Positions 12,386 to 24,600 of a stretch of DNA of 64,000 nucleotides are shown piece by piece; positions within the stretch are counted from its first letter, which is position 1; every line of letters starts with the position of its first letter. The position numbers were made by a program, and so were the translations under genes. Below the pieces are notes generated by a model that saw only the letters and a program-made list of their open reading frames with translations, made no database searches and was not told the origin of the DNA. The DNA comes from Cyanophora paradoxa CCMP329 (lineage: Eukaryota > Plantae > Glaucophyta): contig QPMI01000533.1 in assembly GCA_004431415.1 (NCBI GenBank), positions 1-64,000 on the forward strand, written 5' to 3'.

Positions 12386-13401
12386 GGCCGTCGAGTAGCA
12401 CGCCTTGCCAAGTTGGTCGCATAGATAGATCTAGAGGTGTGCTTGCAATCGCAATCGACCCGGCCCCGGCGGGGTCCCCTCCTGGAGGTACAGGAACGTT
12501 ATAATTAACGTCGGGAGAGATCTAGAGGCGCGCTCCTCAGGCCTAAGAAGGAGTACGTATACTGATGCTCTCTTCCGAAGTTCGGGAAGCTTATAGTTAA
12601 GCATGCTTAAAATTAAACAGGGAATATTGCAGTCGACGTCCGACGGTCAGATCTAGACGGTCAGACGGCGGCCATCGCTAGGGTCAACGTCGGGCTGCGC
12701 TGGAGAAAAATGCATGCCTGCTGCCCCACCGTGGCACAGGTGCAGCTGCGCATGCAGCCTGGCAGGGCCGGGCCGCGCGCGGGCCGCGCCTTCGAATTCG
12801 CGAAAATATTAATGGGCGCTGGCCAGGGATCATCGGATCCGGAGGGGGCCCGGGAAGCTCATGATCATGATCATGATTAGCTGGAGGGGTGTTGCCACTG
12901 GCCGTTGGCCCGTGGCTACGCGTACGGGCGCGGGCGACCAAACGGTCCCGCGCGCATGATCTTGATCAGCTGGAGGGCTGCCGCCAGGGCTGTAGCCCTT
13001 CCGGCTCCGAGGCCGCCTCCCCCCCAGCGCAAGGGATCCTGACCCCGGTCCGGGCCCGGGGCGCCCGGCCCCCGCATGGGCCGGGCAGTTCGCGAGGCGC
13101 GCGCGGCGCCGCCGCGCCCGCGCGCGGCCGCCGTCTGGATCTTCCGCTGCGCATGCGAGGGCGGCGCCTTAAAAGCCTGCCCGCCGAAGGCCTTTTGAAT
13201 TCCCATTCATATTTATATTGCGCCGCTCTGAATGAATGAAAGACTAGAAAATAACTATTTCGGACCAAAGCTCAAGATGTAGTCGGATACTTCGCTCTGA
13301 TACATAATACTAGTTGAAAACCTTACATACGTATATACTCCGAAGATAAAGCGGCGGCTGAGAAAACCAGCTACAGCCCTCTATTATTTCGCTCCGAGGC
13401 T

Positions 13402-14912
13402 CTAGAGGAGGGCGGCGGGGCCGAAGCCGGCGTCGCCCTCAGCGGCGGGGGAGGCGCCGCCCTCGCAGCCGTTCGCGATCCCGAAGGCACCGGCCGCGGC
13501 GTCGTCAGCGTCCGCGGCGAACTGTCCGTCCCCCTCCTGCGCGGGCCGGCGCGAGCGCGAGCGCCCGGGGATCAGGCGCGCTCCTCGGATGGAGAGCCCG
13601 CGCGCGGGACCGGGCCGCGGAGGGGGGGTACACGCACGGCGAAGTCGCCGCCGGCCGCCGCATCGGACTCGAAGAAGTCGCCGGCCGAGTAGGCGGCGAA
13701 CCGCCCGTCGACGCCGGCGTCAGCGCCGTCGTTCTCCTCAGCCGTGTCGGCGGCCTGCGCGTCCGCGTCCTGCTGCCTCTGCCACGGCCACGCGGCCTTC
13801 TTGCCGGCGCCGGCGCCGGAGCGGGCGAGCGCGGCGCCCGAGCGCGCGGCGTTCGGGCCGGCCCTGCCGTGCCCGCCGAGGCCATGGCCCTGGCCCCACC
13901 TCGCGCCCTGGCCGCTCGAGTCCGGCGCGACGTAGGGCCGCTTTAGGTCCATCGCGATCTGACGGGCCTCCTGCACGGACGGGAGGACCCGCGTGCCGTA
14001 CGTCGCCGGCCGCGGCGCCGCCGAGACGATGACGGGGGCGCTGTCCAGATCGGCCTCGGTGACCTGGGGGCGGGCGGGCGAGCGAGCGAGCGTGAGGGCC
14101 ACCCCGCCCCGCCCCGCCCCGCGCAGCCGCCCCCGGGGCGACCCCGAAAGCCTTCGGTCGCACCTTGCAGGCCCCGGCGATGGCTACCATGCGGCCGGCC
14201 TCCTCCTGCATGACCGATTGCTCGTCCTGGCTGAACCCGCCCGCGAACCTGCGGCCCGAAGCTCTGCTGAGCAAGGGAGGGAGGGGAAAGGGGGGGGGGG
14301 GGGAGGGGGGGGGGTAGTGGGTAGGGCGGACTTTGAGACGGCATCGAGGGTACGGAGGCTCTCAGGGACTTGGCCGATCCAGCGCTGGAGGCCCCCTCGT
14401 CAGAAGCTCAGATCAGAATCAGATCAGATCAGACGCCGAAGGCGGCTGGATACCAGACCGGACCCTAAGCGGATCCCTGGCCCGTCGCCGTCGGGCGCTC
14501 GCGCGCGCGCGGCGCACCGGAGTTTGCTGGACGATGTACTTCATCATGGCCCGGAGGTTCTCAGTGATCGGCCGAAAGTCCTTCTCGCCCCTGCGGGCCG
14601 GCCGCAGCACGGGTCAAGGCGGCGATGCATGCTTAAGCATATGCAGGCCCGGAATCGATATCGTGGGATTTGATGTGTTTACGGGGAAGCGCGCCGTGCA
14701 AAGTCCTGCAAAGCGTTGTTGAAGTTCGGTGCCCTGTCGAGGCCCGTGGGGTTCGCGAACGCCTTCCGCGCGTCCTGTGCCGTCTCGGCGCTGATCCGCT
14801 GGCCCTTCATCCCGGGCTCGCCCATGCGGCCCAGCGAGTGAGTGGACGCCTCGCGGCGGATGCCTCGGTCCCGGAGGCTCATCGGGCCGATGCCGCCAAA
14901 GTGGTCCCCCAT
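13402..14912 (-). CDS. Hypothetical low-complexity protein, about 6 exons; start codon uncertain
   Basis: Exons MGDHFGGIGPMSLRDRG.., EKDFRPITENLRAMMKYIVQQ, FSQDEQSVMQEEAGRMVAIAGACK|VTEADLDSAP..GGDFA|EGDGQF..LL*. The last junctions are phase-compatible. Confidence 0.55.
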
Positions 14913-15500
14913 CGGTGCCGGCGCGCTGCGTTGGAAAAGACTGTCAGCTTCTCTTGCTCGTCGCTCCGCGCCACATCGGCAAGATTGAGCTTTCACACGG
15001 CCGCGGGGCGGGAAGCTTGCCAGAATTGAGTTCTAGTCTCTCCAGCGAACCATATGGCAAAGCCAGACCATGGCCAGCGGTCTATATGCACACGGCGAAG
15101 CTAAACCAGCCGGGTGGACGGGCCGGCGTCGCGGGCCGGGCCGCGGGCTGCCGCAGTGCGGCATCGGCGCCTCTGGAGAACAAAGCACGCACATAGACAT
15201 TTCTGGAGCGTAGTGGCGACGAGTCTGAGGGCGAGTCGCCGCGTGCGATGACCAGCTGGTGGAAGCTCGAAGCGTGCGTACCCCTCAAACCAGGACCAGG
15301 ACCACTGGCAGTTACTCGCAGCTAGCATCGAGTCACCGAGCACGCGCGCGCCGCGGCGCGCTTCTTGTCAGAATCTCCTTGCAACAATTGCGCACATCGT
15401 GGCACCTTCTCGTAGCTAGCGCTGCAGCTGAAGACCTAGGCCTTATACATATAATTACGTATACATAGATATCGATAGCTGTAGCTACGCCTTCTCTCAG

Positions 15501-15843
15501 TGTGCCGCCCACTTTCCGACTCCCAGCTAGCCCTGGTCGTCGGCTCTAAGCCGGCAGCTTGCCTTGCCTTGTACCCTTTGTAGCCTGCTATTCCTGGTGC
15601 CACGTTGTTGCCAACTGGCCCGCTTATTTTAGCCCTGGGCCCTCGCTTGCCCTGCGCGGCGCTCGCTTGCTGTCTGTCGACGTCCTTGTTCTCTTGTTCT
15701 CTCTGTCTTACGCTGGCTCTGCGCCTGCTGTGTACGTAATGGCACCCGCTTGCCGCCGCCCTACGGTGCCGTACGGGCCTGTCCCTCTCTGCTTGGGGCG
15801 CCTCTGGGCCTAGCCAACTGCTTAGCGCATCCCGCTCAGCGCA
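15501..15843 (+). repeat. Complete LTR copy (343 bp) in inverted orientation
   Basis: Reverse complement of 18762-19104; begins TG and ends CA. Confidence 0.9.
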
Positions 15844-15844
15844 T

Positions 15845-16153
15845 GCCCAGAGGCGCCCCAAGCAGAGAGGGACAGGCCCGTACGGCACCGTAGGGCGGCG
15901 GCAAGCGGGTGCCATTACGTACACAGCAGGCGCAGAGCCAGCGTAAGACAGAGAGAACAAGAGAACAAGGACGTCGACAGACAGCAAGCGAGCGCCGCGC
16001 AGGGCAAGCGAGGGCCCAGGGCTAAAATAAGCGGGCCAGTTGGCAACAACGTGGCACCAGGAATAGCAGGCTACAAAGGGTACAAGGCAAGGCAAGCTGC
16101 CGGCTTAGAGCCGACGACCAGGGCTAGCTGGGAGTCGGAAAGTGGGCGGCACA
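15845..16153 (-). repeat. 3' LTR lacking its last 34 bp
   Basis: Direct repeat of 18796-19104, preceded on the minus strand by purine-rich TGTAGCGGGAAGCG (16167-16154). Confidence 0.9.
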
Positions 16154-18753
16154 CGCTTCCCGCTACAAAAAGCCGTCCTCGGCGCTACGAGCTAAAGGCT
16201 GAACTAAAGCTGCGTAGGCGAGGCTGAACGGACTACGAGCCAAAAGCCGGCTACCGTCCCTGCACAGAAAGCCGTCCTCGGCGCCACAGCGGGCGGGCCA
16301 GAGGGGCAAATTAAAATCCATCAGGCCGTCGGCACCAGTATGAGGAACTGGGCCCAACAAGGGAAGTTGGGTGAGGGACCCACGACCTGACGCCAGAGCG
16401 CGCGGAGCGCCGCCAGCCAACCGGGGGCAAACCCTCTAAATCCCGCCGGAGGGGAAAACGAGTGCTAGCGCTAGCACTAAGCTCGAATTCGAAACCGGCG
16501 CCGCGCCGCAAGCCGCCGGGCTGCGGCGGCGCCGGGTCGAAAGTTCCACAGTGTAGAAGGTACTTGATGTAGAATGTAGGAGTGTAGGACCGCAGGCTCG
16601 ATCAGCAGAGCCGCAGCGGCAGAGTACGCGTTGCGGGCCAAGCTCGGCGCAGCTTGCCGCATTGCGTTGCCAAGTGACTCGGCCGGCGGAGTCACAAGGC
16701 GGGGCGATCGGACAGCACAGTAGAGTGTGCAGCCGCGTACGCGTAGAGCAGGCAAGCCATGAAGAGTAGAGGCGGCGAGCCAGTCGTACGGGGTCAGGCT
16801 CCGCAGCAGCAGCAGGCCACTGGTCGCATCATACAGACCCATCGCCAAGGATCTTCCACGATCAGACGGGATGGCAAACCACGGACACAGCTATCGAGTC
16901 CGCCGGCGTACGCAGATGCAGCGCGTAGCCAGGGCTTAGGCAGGCCACCATCGCGGGACAGGAGACAGCATCAGCGCGGCCCGGAATGATCATCGGTGCT
17001 CGCGTGATAGTCGTAGGCAAGACGTATGGACCTCTCAGCAGCGGAGAGTCGCAAGCGGAGGCTTGGTCGGAAGCACCCGGACTAGAGCGCCGGTGCGTGC
17101 TGGCTTGGTCAGCGTGGAATCACCCACAGCTAAGCAGACCGAAACAGCGCTGGCGTCCAGCTGGAATCACCCAGCTGCCAGGTTCAACCGAAGCACGGGA
17201 ATCACCCAACGGGCCGACGCAGTCGACGCGCGAACGTGAAGACTGGTCGCGGGGCATCACCCAGTGCTGCTTGCTGACGCTCCTCAACAGACAGGTCCGC
17301 TGTCCGCCGTCCAACTTTAGCTATGGCTGCTCACGTCGTCGTAGGACGTTCCAGAGCGCATCCTTTACGCTTCTGTTGACCTCCGCCCGCCGGACAGGCC
17401 TCGGTCAGACCTCCGCCCGCTGAACAGGCCTCGGTCGCTGATCAAACGCCCACGACAGGAAGAAAACGACAGTTCGCACACGCTTGAGATGTGCGTGAAG
17501 CGACTGACATCTGGCTTGACGAGCTGGACGTCCCGGAGAAGGGCAGCTACGTCGTCGGAGCCAGGGCAAGGTCTTGGCATCTTGTCTGCCGACTAGGTGC
17601 GACAGTGCGCCCGGTAGGCTTGACAACAGATAGATGCGCTTCCTCGCATAGAGATCGCTGTCAAGTGGAGCTGCGCCGGCTTCCACTGACGCGTACGCAA
17701 CCCGCAGAGCCGAGAGAGACGCGGAGCCGCACGTCCTCTGGATGCAGGGTGGAGTCAAGTGGAGTGATCCTCACGAGGGATGCCACTCGCCGCCGCTGAG
17801 CGTGCCTCGGGAGGTCCGCAGGCGCCACAGCAGCCGTCGTAGGTAAGACCTCGGGCGCGTACTGGGGCCATGTTATCCCAGGGGCTTTCACGTCGCAGCG
17901 GTTTGACTCCATGCGTTCTTCAGATACACTCGCCACCATTGAGCGTGCCTCGGGCTAGCCAGAGGTGCCATCGCAGCCGTCGTAGGTGAGACCTCGGGCG
18001 CGTACTGGGGCCATGTTATCCCAGGGCATTCACGTCTTGGCGGGCTGACTCTGTACTTTCTGCAGAGAGAAAAGATTGATTGACCGGCGCTTCATAGCTG
18101 CCTTGCGAGCCTGGCATGTCACGAGCATGCGGGCAACTCGACAAAACAAGACGACGACGAAAAGAAGGTATGTTCATGAAGAATACTCATTCAGAGAGTT
18201 TTTATCATCATATGTCTCACAGTACGTGGACCAGAGAAGAAACGACATGCCACGACGACAAGAAGATCATCATTCGATCGGCGTCAACACGCCATTCGAT
18301 CGTTATGACGACGTGTGTAGATGTAGAGGGTGTTGCTCCACATACAATACATTTAGGAGTACGTTGTGGTGTCGTCCCCGATACAATGCAATACAGTTTC
18401 ATTTGACATGCGCGCGCGCGGGCTGCATCAGCATCTGTTCTTGAGCGCAGCCACGGCACGTTTAGATGACTGTGAGCGCATGCGGCTCAATAGACGGGTT
18501 GGCGGACGCTTCCCACTACAGAAAGAGTGGTGCGCCAGGTCCGTAAGCAAGAAAGGCGCAGTGGCGGGTGGAAAGGCATGAACCATGCGGTTCGTATTGC
18601 TAAGCTCTGCCGCATAGGCGCTTCCCACTACAAGAAAGTGGAGGCCGTACGCGCAAGCCAAGGCAAACGATGGCGTGCTTGTCCAGGGGTTCGGGCAAGA
18701 GCGCAGCGTTCGTCCCCAGGCATACGAGCTAAAAAGTCGAAGCCCAACGCAGC

Positions 18754-18761
18754 AGCCCCCA
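18754..18761 (-). promoter_or_regulatory. Putative primer-binding site, tRNA-Pro-like
   Basis: TGGGGGCT abuts the LTR end and is complementary to the ..AGCCCCCA 3' end typical of eukaryotic tRNA-Pro. The match is only 8 nt. Confidence 0.55.
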
Positions 18762-19104
18762 TGCGCTGAGCGGGATGCGCTAAGCAGTTGGCTAGGCCCA
18801 GAGGCGCCCCAAGCAGAGAGGGACAGGCCCGTACGGCACCGTAGGGCGGCGGCAAGCGGGTGCCATTACGTACACAGCAGGCGCAGAGCCAGCGTAAGAC
18901 AGAGAGAACAAGAGAACAAGGACGTCGACAGACAGCAAGCGAGCGCCGCGCAGGGCAAGCGAGGGCCCAGGGCTAAAATAAGCGGGCCAGTTGGCAACAA
19001 CGTGGCACCAGGAATAGCAGGCTACAAAGGGTACAAGGCAAGGCAAGCTGCCGGCTTAGAGCCGACGACCAGGGCTAGCTGGGAGTCGGAAAGTGGGCGG
19101 CACA
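18762..19104 (-). repeat. 5' LTR (343 bp)
   Basis: TG..CA on the minus strand, immediately followed by TGGGGGCT. Confidence 0.9.
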
Positions 19105-20025
19105 TCAGCTACCATACGCGTAGTATACGTACGTGCTTGTCATCGATTCAATTCAATTTAACATAGGGCCGGTACTAGCTGTGTCCAGATCCTCAGCCAG
19201 CCTTCTCGAATACAGCCAGCGCTAGCGCTATATAGCTAGCGCTAGCCACCGCAGCGCTAGCGGCCGGCCTTCGAGATGCCTGTAGAGGCGAACCCTCCAG
19301 AGATACTATAGCTATGATACAGCGCCGGTTTTCGCTGTCGCACGCGCATGCATTGGCCGCTGCGCGCGCCGGCGCGCGGCCGCGGTGCGTACGCAGTGCA
19401 GTGCGCATGCGAAGCACTACATAAAGCGAGCCCCGAAGCTTGCATGCGCAGCTGACGCGCGGCCGGGCGCGCGCCAGCCGGCGCCCGGCCCGGCGGGGGT
19501 CGGCCGCCGGGCGCCGGCGCGCGCGGCCGCGCCGGGCGCCCGTGCCGGCAACGGGCCGGGCCGCGATATCGAATTCGAAAAGCTTCAGTATCGATCAATC
19601 GATGCCATGATTAGGCCGCGCTATCCTAGTATGCAGTGCTATGCACATGTCTGAGTTCGTGTCCATCGTGATCATATTTACATGTCCAGAAAATTCGAAT
19701 TAATTCTAGACCTCTCCGAAGCGCCAAGGCCGAGCCTCGAACTCGGGCCATGCATGCTACTGGACATATATACGGATCCAGCTCTGGCGAGGGCTCTTAG
19801 TCCGCCCAGGCAGGCGCCGTCTCTTCGGTGGTGCCGCCGGCGCCGGCGCGGCTCCCGCTCTGCAATGCGATCAATTCCGAATTTGATCTCGCATCGCGAT
19901 CGAAAGGAGGTCGAACCGGGGCCTGCTGCGGCTGCGTCGGCGAGCGTCGCGGTTGCTGCTGCTGCTCGGGAGAGCGGCGCATCTCCTTCGGGCGCTCCTG
20001 CGGTCGGGTGGGCGGGCGGGCGGCG

Positions 20026-21485
20026 TCAAAACGGTAAGGTCCTACAATATTTTAATGAAAGACAGGACCGCCGAAGACGCACAAGGCTCGAGCTCTGAGA
20101 GGACTCTGAAACGAAGACGGAACGCACCATCGACTTGTCGATCATCATCTGCGTCGGCGAGCGGCGCGGCGCGACGTTCTCCTGCGCGGATCAAGACTCA
20201 GCTGCAGGCCTAGAATCCCGACTTCCGACGAGTCGCTGCGAAGCGCCCGGCGGCGGGCGAGGCGCGCCGGGTTCGGAGCGGACGCGAAGGCCTCGGCGGT
20301 GCGGCGGCGGAAGTCCTCGTCACGCCGCTGCGCCTCCTGGGGAGGCGCGCCGTCAGGAGAGGCGGGTCAAATCTGGCGACGAATCAGATCTCTACCTCCT
20401 GCACGAGCTGCTGCTGCTGCTGCTGCTGCGGCTGCTGCTGCGGCTGCGGCGGCTGCTGCCGCGGCTGCGGCTGCCCGGGGCCGCCGCCCGTCCAGCGCCG
20501 CCCGCGCTCCTGCTCGCTGCCAGGGAACGAGGAGGATGTCCAGCTGCCGGGGAACTGCGCGGGGGGTTCGAATTCTGGCGGGCCGAGAGACGAGGCCGCA
20601 AGCGGGACGGAAACCGCGCGCCTGCCCCGGGATGCGCTGCGCCTGCTGCCACTCCCCGAGGCGCTCCTGGATGATGCGTCGGGCCAGGTCCTTCGAGAGG
20701 CCCGGCGGCAGGTCAACCTGCAGCGCGGCCTGAGCACTTCGGCACGCGGGCGCGGGCGGGGCGGCGCGACCTCGAGCGTGCGCGTGCTGTCGATGACCTG
20801 GAAGCATCCGCGCATCAGATCGCAGATCAAGAGGGGCGGGGAATCGACGCGCCGTCTCGCGGTTGAGGTCAAGGCGGTCGACCAAGCGGTCCAGGCGGCG
20901 GTTCATTTCCGCGGGGTCCTGCGCCTCGCGGGCGAGGCGATCGACGTGGATCACGTTCGCGCCCCGCGCCTCACGCTGCGAGCGTCGACCGTCGAGGGCG
21001 CGCGGAGAGCTCGGATATCGCGCCGCGGGACGCGCGCGCGCGCCGAGAGCGCCGTGCGGCGAGCGCGTTCGAGACGCACGGACGTGATCGGCGCAGTCTT
21101 CGAGAAAGCGTGATGAAGGCGGGTGAGAGCGTAGTTCACGGCGTCTTCATCGCCGAGGTGCGGCGGAATTACGATGCGCAGGCCACCCTCGGTGTCAAGC
21201 TCCTACGCAGCGGAAAAGTGCGAGCGATCGGACGCATGCGAATAAGCGATGAGCGTTGAGTTGCAGGTCGCGCGGGCGCATGCGCACCAGGAGCTTGTTC
21301 GAGTTGGGATCGTTGTGCGAGCGCACCCACTGCGCGATCTTGCGGTCCTCCTCCGAGCTGGGGCGAAGCCGTAATCAATGCGAGGGGGCGGAAGGCGCCG
21401 CGGAAGGCGCCGAGCCAAGCGCTTACCCGCGGTGGCACGAGCCCGCGACGGCGAAGCGCTCCAAGTTGAAAGGGTGCTGCTGCAT
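20026..21485 (-). CDS. Hypothetical multi-exon protein with a polyQ/P tract; 3' end uncertain
   Basis: MQQHPFNLERFAVAGSCHRG|SEEDRKIAQWVRSHNDPNSNKLL|ELDTEGGLRIVIPPHLG..; the CAG repeat at about 20408-20475 encodes QPQQQPQQQQQQQ. Confidence 0.55.
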
Positions 21486-21620
21486 GACGTTCGGGCGAGA
21501 GAAAGAAGCGAGAGCTCAGAGTCGTCGGGCCAGGTCTGCGGTTTGCGGGGTACACGCGGTCGCAGCATCGGAGAACCACTCCAGCGGCCGGGGCTGCTCT
21601 CTTGGCGTTCGAGAGCGGCC

Positions 21621-24600
21621 ATGGAGCTCGAGAAGCTCTTGTCATGTTGGTGCTGCATGCTCGACCCGAATCAGCAGCCGACCCGGCGGGAGGCGGCGGC
21701 GGCAGTGCCGACGGGACCGGGCGCCGGCTCGGGACAGAGCGTCTTCGATGTCGGTGCGCGGCATTCAGCGCGCTTGTCGTTGGCGCCGCCGATGCCGGCC
21801 GCAGAGACTCTGGACGACACCAAGGACATTTACGCGGTGGACCTGAGCGAGCGCACGGGGCCCGAGTTCACGTTTCTAATTGAGGAAGCTAGCATCGGCG
21901 ACGAGGCCACGCCAAGGCCCCGAGGTGCGCCACCCATCGCCGCTCGAGGGGCGCGGCGTTGATGGGCGCCTGGGAGCAGAGAGCATGTGGCTGCGGAAGA
22001 ACAGCCTGGCGGTCATCGAGACGGTCCGTGGGAAGACCGGACTGCAGCAGCTGATGCTGGAGTTCGTGAAGACGGCGCAGCCGATTGCCGAAGTGCTCGT
22101 GCGCGAGGCGTTCCTCGCGCCGCAGGAGCGGACTCTGGAGCCGTACGGCAGCGGGCAGCAGCCGCTCTCGGACAAGCGCTTCGTGGTGGACGGGATCATG
22201 TTCTCGTTCGCGCTGGCGCGCACGGGCGAAAAGCGGCGCGGGACGATGCGGGACGAGACGGCGATGAAGGCAGCGCTGCAGGAGCTCCGCGGCCTCGCGC
22301 ACTGGTCGCTCGCGTCCGTCGCGGCCGCCAGCAGCGGCGACGCGCCGATCTTCTTCCCGCTGATGGCCGCCTTCGACCTCCGCGGGCTCCGGGTCGTCGC
22401 CACCTCCGTCATCAGCGTCGAGTCCGGGAACGCGCCGCTCTGGGGATCCGTAGACGGCGGCCACACGTTCGCCGGCGACGGCCCGCAGCTCGCGGCGTAC
22501 GTAGAGAAGATCGGGCGCCTCTTGAACCTCAAGGGCGCATTCGTCGGTCCGCCCCGCCCCGCCCCGCCGCGATTCGAAGCCGAGCCGAGAGCTGAGCCGC
22601 CCCCGCAGGAAGCGGAGCGGAACAGGGTCCGGAGAAGCGTCTGACGCACGCCCCGGCGGACATGCAGGCGCGTTCAGCAGGATGGGATGGGAGCGCATCC
22701 CGGGCAGGCCCGACTCACCCTCCCCGCCACTGCAGATCCGGCGCGGCCTTGACGGGCGGTTCTACATGCTGGGCCTTTCCCGCCTGTTCCCCCCGGAGAG
22801 CCCCCACGTGCGTAGCCCCCTTTCTCACCCCCCGCGCCCCCGCCCGCGCGCCCGCCCGCCCGCTCACGCCCGGGGAAACGAACAGGCCCCGCCGGGATTC
22901 GATCCCGTGGATTCCATCATGACGCGGCAGCTCCGCCCAGAGCTGGTGCGTCCGCCCCCCTCCCGCACGCGCCGGAACGGGAATGTAATGCCGTACCCCC
23001 CAGGTGCGGCAGCAGCCGTACCCCCTCGCGCCGGACGCCTTCACGGCGTACCTGCACCCGGAGGAGCGGCGCCGCGCGAACGAAGACGTGAACCGCGCCA
23101 CTGAGCGACTCCTCAACCAGGGTACCCCCGTCCCGCTCCTCCCCGCCTCCGCCGTTTGCTGAGAGTTCCGGCTCACGGCGGCTGCGCCTAGCTGGTCCTA
23201 GCCGCGCCTAGCTAGCCTAGCCGCTCGCCCCGCCCTTCCCCGCCCTTCCCCGCCCCGCCCCGCCCCTGCGCGCTCGCTCACCGCCGGCGCCGCAGTGATC
23301 CCGGAGCTAGCGAGGCGCCTGGATGCGCAGGTACCCGTCCCTTCCCCGCCCCGCCCTCCGCACCGCACCGCACCGCACCGCACCGCACCGCACCGCACCG
23401 CACCGCCCCCGGCCCAGCTCCTGCTTCCAGCTTGCTCCTGGCTCCCCTCCCCGCCTTTATTCCCTCCCCGGCCCACCGCACGGCCCCCGGACCAGCCCCA
23501 TCTTCCACCCAGCTCGCCCCTTCCGCGCTCACTTCGATGGGGCAGGACGTGGCCTTCTCGGCGGAGAACCAGCGGCTCGTCCACATGCTCCACGAGCAGG
23601 TCCGGCCACGCCCCCGCCCGCCCCCGCCCTGCCCTCGTCCAGGCCGCCCTAGAGAGACTCCGTTGGCCTTGGCTTCGAGCCGCTCCGCCCGTGGCCTCTC
23701 TCGCCCCGCGCCGCCCGCCTCGCGCCGCCGACCGACCCCTCCGCGCCGCAGGGCATCTGCGTGAGGCACCTGGGCACCCTCTACCGCTGCGCAAAGGTGC
23801 GCCTCTTCCCCGCTCCCCGCCGCCCCACCGCGGCCCCGCCTCGCTACCGCGGCCCCGCCTCGCGGTTTCGGGCCGCCCCGATAGAACTGCTCCAGATAGC
23901 TCCTAGCCCTCCTTTGGGAACTGCTCCAGATAGCTCCTCAGATAGCGGCTGGCCCTTCCAGGCCCTCCCTCGAGCTCCCCGCCCCCGCCGCGGCGCCGCC
24001 TGAGCGGGCGTGCAGGGGTCGCTGTTCCGGGAGGTCGTCCTCGCCGAGATGATCGCCCGCTGCATCAAGGTCCGCCCGGCCGGGGTTAGGGGCTGGAGTG
24101 CTAGAGAGGGGCGCCCGGTCCGCCCGGTCTGGGCCGTGGGTTGAGGGCCAGAGGCGCATCGGCTAAAGATCGCACGCGGCACCAGGGTCTGTCTAGTCTC
24201 GGGCTCCGCCCCGCTCTGCCCCGTCCCCCCTCGCGCGCTCGCTCCGTCGCTCCACCCCTCCTCGCTTTCGCCCGCTCCGGAGCGGGAGCCGAGCAGTCTG
24301 ACTTGGTTGCGCGCCGCGCCGCAGAACGACATGCGGGCGCGCCTCCGCGAGGCCGGCACCTCCGACGAGGTCCGTTCGCTCCGCCCCGCCCCCGCCTGAA
24401 AGATAGCCTAGGAAAGATAAGAGAGATAGGGAGGATAGCCTTGCTAGCTTCCCGGCCCCGCCCCCGTCCCCATCCCCGCCGGTCAATCCGTTTAACTCCC
24501 CCGCAGGCGGCGCTGGCGCGGATCGCGCTGGCGGAGCTCAACCGCTGCGGCTCCTGCGACGAGGCCGAGTGGAAGCGGGTGCGCGCCCGCCTTTCCCTCC

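Larger units (their letters stand above)
2887..13535. repeat. Head-to-tail tandem duplication of a ~5.32 kb unit (copy 1 2887-8206, copy 2 8205-13535)
   Basis: The copies are near-identical. The differences seen are 1-bp indels and homopolymer length changes. Junction at 8205-8206 has a 2-bp microhomology (CT). Confidence 0.97.
15501..19104 (-). mobile_element. Non-autonomous LTR-type retroelement (LARD/TRIM-like) with an additional inverted LTR; 4-bp TSD TCAG
   Basis: Termini TGTGCCGCCC..GGGCGGCACA; TCAG at 15497-15500 and 19105-19108; three copies of a 343-bp TG..CA repeat; PBS-like and PPT-like motifs in the expected positions; no gag/pol recognised in the 2.6 kb interior. Confidence 0.85.

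Noticed and set aside
18117-18408. Nested solo LTR (TGTCA..TGACA)
   Set aside because: No matching target-site duplication; retained only as a note on the element interior.
15501-19104. DIRS or Penelope-like element (inverted repeats)
   Set aside because: TG..CA ends, a 4-bp TSD, and PBS- and PPT-like motifs fit integrase-type LTR elements. No YR, RT or GIY-YIG ORF and no hammerhead were seen.
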